Shown here in pieces: positions 7,046 to 15,753 of a DNA stretch of 58,767 bases. Positions within the stretch are counted from its first letter, which is position 1; every line of letters starts with the position of its first letter. The DNA comes from a virus (lineage: Duplodnaviria > Caudoviricetes): positions 1 through 58,767 of IMG/VR virus record IMGVR_UViG_3300036770_002992, one strand, 5' to 3'. The notes below the pieces were generated by a model. That model was not told the DNA's origin. It made no database searches and saw nothing but the letters and a program-made list of their open reading frames with translations. The position numbers and the translations under genes are program-made.

Positions 7046-8056
7046 TCATAGTTGTAGCCACTCTGGGTTATCCAGAGTCCATTTTACCGTTCTTTCTAAA
7101 GATTCTTCTAGAGATAGGGGGGCCTTCCACCCTGTACCCGCTATTTTACTCCCATCTAAGGCATAACGCAAGTCATGTCCTGGACGAGATGAGTGGAAGT
7201 CTACCAGTTCATAATTTAGTGGCTTTCCAACAAAATTAGCAACCATCTCTGCCATCTCTAAATTATCTACCTCACGCTCACCAACTACATGGTATTTTTG
7301 AGGAGCCTGGAAATCTCCATAAAAGGTTACAGGGATATTCAGGGCATGAAGTAGGGCATCTGCCTGATTCCTGGCATGAAGATAATATCTACTGCCAATC
7401 TGACCAGTAGGAGAAGCATGAATGTCCATTTTTTCGCCAGACAGAACCTTCTTAATGACCATGGGGACGAACTTCTCTGGGTCCTGCATTTCACCAATGA
7501 TATTCATGGTATTAGTGATAATTAATGGGACTCCGTAAGTCCTCCAGTACGAGTAAGCAATTGATTCCTGGGCAGCCTTAGATGCTGAGTATGGATTTGA
7601 TGGAAAGTATTGGTCCATCCATTCACGATGGGCATGTCCGACAGGAGCAGGACCATACACTTCATCAGTAGATACATGAAGGAACTTCTCAATGTCTGAG
7701 AATCTGGCCCACTCAAGCATATTACAAACTAAGGACACATTATTCTCAATGAAGGGCACGGGCTCAGTAATGGATCTGTCAACATGTGACTCGCTGGCCA
7801 CGTTAAGAACATAGTCAATCTTACCAATCTCATGAGAGAGTACAGGTGAGATTGGAGCGGTAAGATCATGTTTGATAACTTTTACTCTCTTGAAATCATT
7901 ATCATATCCATCCACCGCCAAACGAATTCTGTCAGTAATTCCACGGTGTCGAAAAGATACCAAACAAACTACATTCCAGTCTGTGTTTGCAAGAATATGT
8001 CGTAGCACATGGCTGCCAACAAATCCGCTAGCGCCTGTGAGAAGTACAGTTGTCAT
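7046..8056 (-). CDS. rmlB: dTDP-glucose 4,6-dehydratase (RmlB/RfbB-like extended SDR)
   Basis: GASGFVG, ASESHVDRSI, VSTDEVYG, PYSASKA, RPGHDLRYALD motifs. Confidence 0.88.
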   Translation of the reverse strand: MTTVLLTGASGFVGSHVLRHILANTDWNVVCLVSFRHRGITDRIRLAVDGYDNDFKRVKVIKHDLTAPISPVLSHEIGKIDYVLNVASESHVDRSITEPVPFIENNVSLVCNMLEWARFSDIEKFLHVSTDEVYGPAPVGHAHREWMDQYFPSNPYSASKAAQESIAYSYWRTYGVPLIITNTMNIIGEMQDPEKFVPMVIKKVLSGEKMDIHASPTGQIGSRYYLHARNQADALLHALNIPVTFYGDFQAPQKYHVVGEREVDNLEMAEMVANFVGKPLNYELVDFHSSRPGHDLRYALDGSKIAGTGWKAPLSLEESLERTVKWTLDNPEWLQL

Positions 8057-8110
8057 TATTTTCCAATCGTTTTTATTATTATGACATTATATACAGTCAT
8101 GTGTCAATGA

Positions 8111-8977
8111 TTATATCCAGCCCTTAATGGCTCTTTTAATTCCGTCTTCAAAGGTGATCTGGGGGGTATACACCTTAAGCATATTTGTATTATCCGAAAC
8201 TCTATACATAACCCCCGTGGGTTCGGCTGGAAGGTGGCGGAATGCTGGCTCGTATCCAATTATTTTTGCTACTAATTCAGCAAATTGATTAAATGATACT
8301 GCCTCAGAGTTGCCAAGATTCAATGGTTCTAGATAATCTTGGTTAATAGCAGAATCCACAGCCTTAACAATATCTATAATGTGTATAAAGTCACGAACCT
8401 GTGTTCCGTCCCCCCAAATATCAAACGGGTCAGATCTTTCTACGCCTCGTTTAATATACGATGGAAACGGATAGGATAGATCCTGGTCTGTACCGTAGCC
8501 AGAGAATGGTCTAAATACATGAACTTTAATTCCTTCTGCCTGAGCAAACTGAGCAAGATATTCACCTGTTAATTTTGCCCAGCCGTAAGTAAGATCTGGA
8601 TTAGATACATCTGACAAATTAATATCAGACTCTTTTAGTCTGATATTAGATCCAGATGTTTGCAATTTAATTGGATAGGCGGCAGAACTGGAGAAGTATA
8701 CGACTCTTCCTGGTCGGGTATTAAGAACCCATTGAAAAAAGTCACTATCTATTGCCAAATCTGTTGCAACACTAAGGGGGCTTCCCTCAATAGTTTTTCT
8801 TCCCCCGACAATTGCTGCTAAATGAATAACAAGATCATAATATTCTTTATTTACTTTAAAGAAATCTCTGCAATCATTTCCGGTTTTGATATCAATAATT
8901 GTTAAATTATGGTCCCTGTAATACATTTGGAAATATTTCCCAACAAATCCTTCTCCGCCAGTAATTAATATCTTCAT
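8111..8977 (-). CDS. NAD-dependent NDP-sugar epimerase/dehydratase
   Basis: TGGEGFVG, HLAA, SSSAAY, YGWAK (YxxxK), WGDGTQVRDFIHI. Confidence 0.88.
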   Translation of the reverse strand: MKILITGGEGFVGKYFQMYYRDHNLTIIDIKTGNDCRDFFKVNKEYYDLVIHLAAIVGGRKTIEGSPLSVATDLAIDSDFFQWVLNTRPGRVVYFSSSAAYPIKLQTSGSNIRLKESDINLSDVSNPDLTYGWAKLTGEYLAQFAQAEGIKVHVFRPFSGYGTDQDLSYPFPSYIKRGVERSDPFDIWGDGTQVRDFIHIIDIVKAVDSAINQDYLEPLNLGNSEAVSFNQFAELVAKIIGYEPAFRHLPAEPTGVMYRVSDNTNMLKVYTPQITFEDGIKRAIKGWI

Positions 8978-9633
8978 TCTGCGACCTGGAATTTGCTCAA
9001 TTCATCAGAGATATTGTACATCAAGTACTGCTCCCACGCAATTCTATCGTTGTTATTCATGTCAGAACTATTTACTTCTTCATATAGTTCGTCTGCCTGA
9101 GACTTACCTACAGAATAATGCATATGTTCTATGATTACATCTGGGTGATATTGTAGGGTTTTAAGCCTCCGACCCAATTCCATCCAAAAATTATCTAGAT
9201 AAAGATGCTTCATCTTAGGCGGAGCCATATATCCTAATGTTCTAATGATATTAGAATCTAGCATCGCAGCGGTGGCAAGACGTTCACCTTGGATCAAATC
9301 GTTTCCGTATGCGACAGTATTATCTTTAGCATGACGCATAAAGATTTTGTCCCAGTTTTTAGTTCTAATCCTGTGATCGTCACCCATGAATGTAATATAG
9401 TCATAGTCTTGGCAATATTTATTGGCAACAAGGTTGAGTGTACCATTCATGCCTTTTCTTTCATTAATCTCCCAGACTACACCGTCATAACGCTCTGAGT
9501 AATTGTTTTCATCATCCGAATCCAAGGCAAAGCAAAGAGTTGTTTGACCTGAGGTATTCTGAATAAATAAATCATAAAACTCTGATGCATTATGTGGCCT
9601 TGATCTTGTTGGAACTATGAGTAAGTTTTTCAT
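8974..9633 (-). CDS. Glycosyltransferase, GT-A fold (GT2-like)
   Basis: IVPTRSRP, FMGDD acidic motif, HLYLDN, IEHMH. Confidence 0.8.
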   Translation of the reverse strand: MKNLLIVPTRSRPHNASEFYDLFIQNTSGQTTLCFALDSDDENNYSERYDGVVWEINERKGMNGTLNLVANKYCQDYDYITFMGDDHRIRTKNWDKIFMRHAKDNTVAYGNDLIQGERLATAAMLDSNIIRTLGYMAPPKMKHLYLDNFWMELGRRLKTLQYHPDVIIEHMHYSVGKSQADELYEEVNSSDMNNNDRIAWEQYLMYNISDELSKFQVAE

Positions 9634-10418
9634 TAATATCCTAACTTCTTCTTCTCATTTTCAGTAGACGACCAAGTATGAGTATTCTTATAGAAGTCAT
9701 ACTCTTCATCAGTAAGGGGCTGCTTGGCCCACCACCCCATGTGGCGACAGGTGAATCTGCCAGCAATTCTAATAGCACTTGTATTGCAGGTCATTCTACC
9801 AGGCACATTATCTATCTCTGCAAGGAATTTGTCTCTATTGTATAAGGAAAATGTCGTATCAATCGGGGCGGCGTAGAGATCATCAATTTCCGGTAGACGC
9901 TCCACTTTTCTAGACCAATAATTTCTCTCCCACATGTCCACCTGATGAGGATTAAAAAATCTTTCGCGCTCTTCGGGGGTATCAATATCTATCGCCAGCC
10001 CTACCTTAGATACTCCGTACATATCAACAATTCTTTTCATCTTGTCGATAGCATTGGCAGGCATTTTTTCATTAAAGAGTAAATCTGGATCGGTCACAAT
10101 AAAATACTTTGGCATCCTGGAGCAAATATCTTTATCTTCTGCATAAACTCTTGGACCTAAGTTTTTCCCCCATTTAACCACATGATACTTGGACGCGAGT
10201 TCGTCTAATAAGTCTATCATCTCTGGATATGTAGATCCATTATCACAAATGATAATATTCGTCCAACCCTTTTCCTCTAACTGATCCACCATGGATTTTA
10301 GATACGTTGGAGTATTGAATACTGGAATAATTATGGGCGTGTCATCGGCTATCAAGGTCGCGCTATCATTTTCCTTCTGATACTCCAAAGCGACACGAAT
10401 ATCTTCATAGATCGGCAT
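9633..10418 (-). CDS. Glycosyltransferase GT2-like
   Basis: IIIPVFN, IIICDNGSTYP, VTDPD (DxD), APIDTTFSLY. Confidence 0.82.
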   Translation of the reverse strand: MPIYEDIRVALEYQKENDSATLIADDTPIIIPVFNTPTYLKSMVDQLEEKGWTNIIICDNGSTYPEMIDLLDELASKYHVVKWGKNLGPRVYAEDKDICSRMPKYFIVTDPDLLFNEKMPANAIDKMKRIVDMYGVSKVGLAIDIDTPEERERFFNPHQVDMWERNYWSRKVERLPEIDDLYAAPIDTTFSLYNRDKFLAEIDNVPGRMTCNTSAIRIAGRFTCRHMGWWAKQPLTDEEYDFYKNTHTWSSTENEKKKLGY

Positions 10419-11053
10419 TATCTATTCTCTCCAAGAACTTCGGGGATATGTGCATATCCATATTTTGCAATGATTTCCTCAAATAAGAATCCATCAGCGG
10501 AGTGGTCATATCTATGCCAGCCCCCGATTGATTCCCAGGCTTTCTTGCTTGCAACACATTGTAGCAAATCAATTTTACCCATGACAGGGGGTACACCTGA
10601 GAAATAATTTATATCAAACTTCTCATGTCTACATGCAAATATTACAACATCTGACTCTGTTTCATCAATTTTGTCAGAAATCTTCTGCAGCGCATCTGGA
10701 TATAAAATATTATCAATGTTGAAGTGCAGAATATAATCACCAGAGGCCTGTTTAATTCCAAGGTCTCTTGAATGATGTCCCCAGCCATAGCCAGCATAAA
10801 ATTTATCTAGCCCATAAATTCCATAATGCTGCTCAGTACTGGTAAATCCAGTATTCTCTGGAATATCGTCTAACTCATTATCATACGAGCCTTCTCTAGG
10901 ACCATCATGAATAACTAAAAGTTCAAAATCCTTAAAGGTTTGATTATTTAAAGACTCTATGCCCTCGCGCATTCTATCTCTGGGGACATGGTTTTCTGCA
11001 TCGGTAGCAACAATAGTAAACCTTGGCACTCTACTCCTTAATGTACCAATCAT
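10418..11053 (-). CDS. Glycosyltransferase GT2-like
   Basis: SLNNQTFKDFELLVIHDG, RDLGIKQASGDYILHFNIDN, IGGW...AD. Confidence 0.85.
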   Translation of the reverse strand: MIGTLRSRVPRFTIVATDAENHVPRDRMREGIESLNNQTFKDFELLVIHDGPREGSYDNELDDIPENTGFTSTEQHYGIYGLDKFYAGYGWGHHSRDLGIKQASGDYILHFNIDNILYPDALQKISDKIDETESDVVIFACRHEKFDINYFSGVPPVMGKIDLLQCVASKKAWESIGGWHRYDHSADGFLFEEIIAKYGYAHIPEVLGENR

Positions 11054-11675
11054 CCCAATGGGATAATTCTTCTAAGATTCTAACATATCCCTTTGAAATC
11101 ATCAAGGAATAAATTAAATCTCTTTGATCTGTATAGTTATGCTCTATAGTTAATAGTTTAATGTTTCTACTAAATGAATATGATGAAAGAATATCAAACT
11201 CTGATCCCTCTGTGTCTACAGACATATACTCTATTGTTTGCGGGGCGGAATAATAATCTAGTAAATCATCTAGAGATACTGTTTCTACATCAAAAGTAGT
11301 GTTTCTTTTCCTTGTGGTCGCCCACCTATCTGATTCTATATAATCTGTTATAGTCGATAATTCTTGCATTTCACCTACGGACGCAAAGCAAATAGTTTTA
11401 CCAGTTTTATTATATACGCATCGATGGTCAACATGGCAGTTTCTAGACTTTAATGATTCGTGGAATGCTGGGTTGGGCTCTGCTAAAATTCCTTGCCATC
11501 CATATTCTTTTTCTAATAAATAAGTGTTTGATATACTTTCTGCGTCTGCCGCTCCAAATTCAACAAAATATCCATTTTTATCAAATAAATAGGCGGCTAG
11601 AAGATCTTGCCCCAACTGAGAATTGTGCCCCATACTATCTTTAAATTTTACAAACTTATCTTTAGATATTTTCAT
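11031..11675 (-). CDS. FkbM-family SAM-dependent methyltransferase
   Basis: SQLGQD, FVEFGAAD, SNTYLLE..GWQGILAEPN, SVDTEGSE. Confidence 0.88.
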   Translation of the reverse strand: MKISKDKFVKFKDSMGHNSQLGQDLLAAYLFDKNGYFVEFGAADAESISNTYLLEKEYGWQGILAEPNPAFHESLKSRNCHVDHRCVYNKTGKTICFASVGEMQELSTITDYIESDRWATTRKRNTTFDVETVSLDDLLDYYSAPQTIEYMSVDTEGSEFDILSSYSFSRNIKLLTIEHNYTDQRDLIYSLMISKGYVRILEELSHWDDWYIKE

Positions 11676-11712
11676 TTATACACTTTTCTACTAGTTAATT
11701 TCTGGGCGGTCC

Positions 11713-12108
11713 TCAAAAGATCTTTTCTTCTATAATTTCTGAATTCATAATTATATTAATTTCTTTTTTAATTCCAGACCTCACATCATTATACATGTAA
11801 ATTAGACGGGCGCACAAAATAAACTCTTCATTAAAATTTTTTAGACGCTCATGTTTTCTAATTAAATCTTCCAAGTCCCAAAGTTTTTTGTTTATTAATT
11901 TTAAATCATTATAATAAATATCTGGGACCTGAGCACCTTTTAATCTATTTCTTAGATAAACTAATTCTTTATTTATATTCTCTGCCTGAGAATTATTTTT
12001 ACAAAACTCTGATTTAATCTCAAGTATGGTAATTTTATCTATTAGTTCTCCAACAGAGACTGGAATGTTTATTATCACCAGCAGGCCGCTCTTTATCTTA
12101 ATATCCAA
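11713..12108 (-). CDS. DUF6165-like protein (likely start GTG at 12078)
   Basis: IPVSVGELIDKITILEIK, LWDLED, AR.IY..ND.R..IK.EIN....S.I.EEK. Confidence 0.75.
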   Translation of the reverse strand: MDIKIKSGLLVIINIPVSVGELIDKITILEIKSEFCKNNSQAENINKELVYLRNRLKGAQVPDIYYNDLKLINKKLWDLEDLIRKHERLKNFNEEFILCARLIYMYNDVRSGIKKEINIIMNSEIIEEKIF

Positions 12109-12842
12109 TTAGGATTTCTATACACCCAAGCAACATGTATAAGATTCTGACGATAAGAATCTTTATCTTCTGCGTCTGCTGGTATTCTGTCATATAGATA
12201 TATCTTGCCGTTATTACAATATTTATCTACTAGATATCCCAAAGCGCTTTCAACCACATGTATTTCTTTTGCTCTTTCTATCGCTAAAATCCAATCGAAT
12301 ATATTAAATGCGTTTTGCCTATCTCTGTCGGCATACATGTAATGCACAGGTAGGTCGGACTTTATATCTAATTGAACTTTATATGTATTAGAGAATATAT
12401 CATTGGCTAAAATATAATCTCCATGCAACCCATATCTGTCTATTAACTTATTTTCTCTTTCTAGATTTCTAGAAATTTTTACATTCTCTCTGAAGTCCCC
12501 AAACTCTATTCCAAGTTTATCTCTCGCCCAAAAATGTCTCGCCGTCATCCAAAGCCCATGGATGTTCATTTTATCTGCCTCTGGCATTAGGGCGAGGTAT
12601 TTATCTCCATTTTCAAAATCTATACTTTCTTCACCTTTATAATATTCTGCCATAGGATAGTTTCCATCTTCAGGGCACCAGATCAGTCCATCCATTTTTA
12701 TATATTTGTTTAAAAGTTTATGATCTAAGGCGACTGGCCAGTAAACTGTGTAACCTCTGTCTATTAAGTGTTTAGCAAAACTAGATGTATAAATTAAATC
12801 ACCCAAGCAGCAATGGTGGTAGATTAAACAATTTTTCGACAT
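12093..12842 (-). CDS. Putative glycosyltransferase-like protein (GT-B-like)
   Basis: N-terminal HH..LGD motif and IE.AKEIHVVES motif; position within the glycan cluster. Confidence 0.5.
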   Translation of the reverse strand: MSKNCLIYHHCCLGDLIYTSSFAKHLIDRGYTVYWPVALDHKLLNKYIKMDGLIWCPEDGNYPMAEYYKGEESIDFENGDKYLALMPEADKMNIHGLWMTARHFWARDKLGIEFGDFRENVKISRNLERENKLIDRYGLHGDYILANDIFSNTYKVQLDIKSDLPVHYMYADRDRQNAFNIFDWILAIERAKEIHVVESALGYLVDKYCNNGKIYLYDRIPADAEDKDSYRQNLIHVAWVYRNPNWILR

Positions 12843-12872
12843 GATTTAATCCTTAAAAAAAATATTTATATT

Positions 12873-13091
12873 TTATATAATATCAGAAATATTTCTTTCA
12901 ACGATACAATCCATGCAATAAAAATCTGCATAACTGTTATATGCCTCATCTGTAAGCAACGCAGACAATTGATTAAATTGAGCCGCCTCGTTGAGACATT
13001 CTAGGTTAGAGCAGTAATATTCTTGAGGTTGCTTTATATCCTCAATACGCTTTTTTTTAAAAGATAAAGGAAAAGACTTAATCAGATTCAT
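12873..13091 (-). CDS. Hypothetical Cys-containing protein
   Basis: 72-aa ORF on the coding strand. Confidence 0.55.
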   Translation of the reverse strand: MNLIKSFPLSFKKKRIEDIKQPQEYYCSNLECLNEAAQFNQLSALLTDEAYNSYADFYCMDCIVERNISDII

Positions 13092-13248
13092 AGTCTATCC
13101 CCATTTCTTTAACGTCTAGAAGATCTTCATTCTCAATAATTTCTTCGTAATCTATTCCGTCTTTGTGATATTTTACTAAACAGAAGTTTGCATAATACTT
13201 GACCACTTTACCCCAACATTTTTCAGATTCTATCCATACTAGACTCAT
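13078..13248 (-). CDS. Small hypothetical protein (56 aa, not in ORF track)
   Basis: MSLVWIESEKCWGKVVKYYANFCLVKYHKDGIDYEEIIENED...; coupled to upstream stop. Confidence 0.7.
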   Translation of the reverse strand: MSLVWIESEKCWGKVVKYYANFCLVKYHKDGIDYEEIIENEDLLDVKEMGIDYESD

Positions 13249-13496
13249 CATATAGTCCTGGGTGGATCTCCTGGAGAGCCCTGTAGGTCACAAGCATAAC
13301 CGAATTGTTCTACCAGACCCTTTAGTTTATAAAGATATTCCATAACGATCATCTGTTTTTCCTTAGACAAGGACATAACTTCATTTTCATAAACCCTTAG
13401 TGCTATAAACTTTGGCATCTCTACAAGATCTACAATTATATTATATGGTGGCTTATGTTCTTTCAAAATCTTGTACACCAATGGATCATAGATCAA
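13248..13496 (-). CDS. Hypothetical protein
   Basis: 82-aa ORF overlapping the WhiB end. Confidence 0.7.
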   Translation of the reverse strand: MIYDPLVYKILKEHKPPYNIIVDLVEMPKFIALRVYENEVMSLSKEKQMIVMEYLYKLKGLVEQFGYACDLQGSPGDPPRTI

Positions 13497-13770
13497 TGTC
13501 TTCTCCCTCAGATATAAGTTCTAGCACCCTCGCCCAAGTTTCCTGGTTTTTATGAGAATTTCTCACATTGTCTAGTTTACCATCATTAAGGAATACACCG
13601 CCCCAAACTCCAAATGATTCTGTCTTTACACCATAGTCGAAACATTCTTTTATTACTGGGCAGGATAGGCATTGTCTATCTATTTGTCTAGCAACATCCT
13701 GGTCTAATTCATACTTATCAAAGTATAATTCTGTGTCTGTTCCAGCGCACAGCGCTTCACTTAGCCACAT
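13486..13770 (-). CDS. whiB: WhiB-family Fe-S transcription regulator
   Basis: W...ALC...D.ELYF, CLSCPV...C, GVWGG signature. Confidence 0.92.
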   Translation of the reverse strand: MWLSEALCAGTDTELYFDKYELDQDVARQIDRQCLSCPVIKECFDYGVKTESFGVWGGVFLNDGKLDNVRNSHKNQETWARVLELISEGEDIDL

Positions 13771-13975
13771 ATTTAGCAGGAACTTTCCATCCATTACTGC
13801 CTGGGTGATACTTTCTAGTCACTCCCCATTTTCCATATCGGAACATCCCGTTCTTCTTGTACAAGCCATCTCTAAGGGGCTTCCAGTCAACGATGGTCCA
13901 GCCATCCCAAAATAGATTATTATTAGAATCTACAATCTCATGGGCGGCGTTGTAATCAATAAATACCTGGCTCAT
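13757..13975 (-). CDS. Hypothetical protein
   Basis: 72-aa Trp-rich ORF, TAATG coupled. Confidence 0.7.
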   Translation of the reverse strand: MSQVFIDYNAAHEIVDSNNNLFWDGWTIVDWKPLRDGLYKKNGMFRYGKWGVTRKYHPGSNGWKVPAKYVAK

Positions 13976-14265
13976 TATTCCTCACTTGTTGTATAGACGA
14001 TTTTTTTTATTCCATTTTTTCTTATTGCTTCGTAACATCTTTTACAGGGTCGGCTGTCTCTTGCCTCTCCCCGCCTGTTTACTCTGGCAACATAAATAGT
14101 TGCGCCATGTACATCCTTAGCCTTCTTAATCGCATCAATCTCGGCGTGTACGGAGCAATGGTCCTTAATATGCTCGCTTGAAACTATGCGTGGATGGCTT
14201 CGATCCTTGTTAATTCCTGTAGAGATCACTCTACCACCCTTTACGATTACCGATCCATGCTTCAT
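13975..14265 (-). CDS. Zn-dependent cytidine/dCMP deaminase-like protein (true start probably further upstream)
   Basis: HAE and SRPCKRC motifs; KHGSVIVKGGRVISTGIN; frame stays open to about 14355 without an ATG/GTG/TTG. Confidence 0.85.
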   Translation of the reverse strand: MKHGSVIVKGGRVISTGINKDRSHPRIVSSEHIKDHCSVHAEIDAIKKAKDVHGATIYVARVNRRGEARDSRPCKRCYEAIRKNGIKKIVYTTSEE

Positions 14266-14367
14266 TCGGCAGTCTGACTGAGATGCTAGATATGATGCAA
14301 CAGAAAGATATGCTTGGTCGCGCTTAGATACGGCGACCTGCTCCTTTGATAATCCTCATTATTTCTC

Positions 14368-14736
14368 CTATACCTTATAGATGCTTACTGGAATGTTCTT
14401 ATTCTCTGCTTCAGAGATAACCACATCGAATACTTCCGACCTATCATTCTTCGTTGATAAATATACTACACTATTTAGGTCATAGTTGTCAAAGTTTTCT
14501 GCAACATCGTTCTTAAGCACACGATAGAAACGAGACTTAATACCCTTTTGACGAAAAAATCCTTCCGTCTTATTCACAAATTCGGCGGCGAACTGATTAA
14601 TTTTATATGGTCCAGCCGTATAAATATCAATTTTATTATCATCGCTAGTTACATTATTGTCGATAGCGACAACAACGGCGCGGGTAAAAGTATCATAATC
14701 TGAGAACTTATTGTTCCCATAAACAAGAATTTTCAT
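14368..14736 (-). CDS. Divergent SLOG/YspA-like protein
   Basis: MKILVYG...FSDYDTF.RA opening resembles DUF2493 proteins. Confidence 0.45.
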   Translation of the reverse strand: MKILVYGNNKFSDYDTFTRAVVVAIDNNVTSDDNKIDIYTAGPYKINQFAAEFVNKTEGFFRQKGIKSRFYRVLKNDVAENFDNYDLNSVVYLSTKNDRSEVFDVVISEAENKNIPVSIYKV

Positions 14737-14745
14737 TATTATTCC

Positions 14746-15240
14746 TTAATATAGGTCGGGAAACTCTCCGGTTAAAATCCATTCATTAAATCCGATATTT
14801 ATTAGTTTAACTTCTGTGCCAGATTTTGTCAAATAAATATCTGAAGGAGAAGAGAATGAAACGGAAGCATTCTCAGTAATTATTTCGACCTCTCCTTCGC
14901 TAGCACGAACAACATTAATTCTAGATGCCACCCTAAGTTCACTTACATTTTGGTCGGGGATGATGATTTGAGTAGACGATGCTGACAGACATTTTAAAGT
15001 ATTCTCAGCATGAATTTGTTGCAACGTTACAGAAACGGATGCTGTGGATGAATCTCCAGTAATAAAAATTTCTGGGGCGATGGACTGTTTTAAATGCTCA
15101 TCGTCAGTTAGATGCACCCACAGACCCTTGAGTCTAACTTTATACTTTCCATCTTCAGTATTGTAGTAAATATCGCCATCTGTTCCAGTCGTTGGGTCTG
15201 ATGGAAGATTTACAACATTTAGAAGAGATACAAATTTCAT
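14746..15240 (-). CDS. Hypothetical protein resembling phage fibre/virion accessory domains
   Basis: DP..GTDGDIYYNT....KV...G.W motif plus C-terminal beta domain (IIIP...I.VV...G.V.I...L..IG.NEWIL.G). Confidence 0.55.
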   Translation of the reverse strand: MKFVSLLNVVNLPSDPTTGTDGDIYYNTEDGKYKVRLKGLWVHLTDDEHLKQSIAPEIFITGDSSTASVSVTLQQIHAENTLKCLSASSTQIIIPDQNVSELRVASRINVVRASEGEVEIITENASVSFSSPSDIYLTKSGTEVKLINIGFNEWILTGEFPDLY

Positions 15241-15722
15241 GCGAACCTACCGCCCCAAATGTTTTTGTTTACATTGACATATCCAGGAGGAATGGCCGCT
15301 AGACGACATTTACCCATTTCTTCAATTTCATACGATAGAATCATGCATCCCAGCCCGCCGCCTTCTTTTTCAAAGTGCAGAGAACAGTTGCCGCACATAA
15401 CTCCAATTGACGCATCAGTATTTTGAGCGGCTGTCTCATAGCCAATCCAAATCCCAGTATCTTCTGCATCTAACGGGCCATACTTTTCGGCTAGTTGTAC
15501 AAGAGAATCATGAAATTCTTTTTCTGGGGCAGAGAGTTGTTCGTATAAATTATTCTCTGCCTTAGAAATGTCTTTTTTAGACCTTGCTTCAGCAGCGTAG
15601 AGAGCCCTTTGCTGATCTACCGCCTCACGACGAGTGCTATGTGTACCACGAACAGTACCATCTGGACCAACTACAGAATATCCAGACTTTCCGCGATAAT
15701 TTTGTCTAATATCATATGGCAT
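15237..15722 (-). CDS. Two-domain protein: MPY-type N-terminal domain plus a 4-Cys HiPIP-like domain
   Basis: GTHSTRREAVDQQRALYAAE; CGNC-x12-C-x12-C; GGGAGG SD before ATG 15722. Confidence 0.65.
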   Translation of the reverse strand: MPYDIRQNYRGKSGYSVVGPDGTVRGTHSTRREAVDQQRALYAAEARSKKDISKAENNLYEQLSAPEKEFHDSLVQLAEKYGPLDAEDTGIWIGYETAAQNTDASIGVMCGNCSLHFEKEGGGLGCMILSYEIEEMGKCRLAAIPPGYVNVNKNIWGGRFA

Positions 15723-15753
15723 AACCAAGCCTCCCAAGCATTTTCTTAATCTA

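Noticed and set aside
8081-8113. Promoter before rmlB (TTGACA and TATAAT both present; shares TGTCAATGATTA with 18552-18563)
   Set aside because: TTGACA and TATAAT are only 10 nt apart, and the alternative -10 (CATAAT at 18 nt) is uncertain, so it is not called as a feature.
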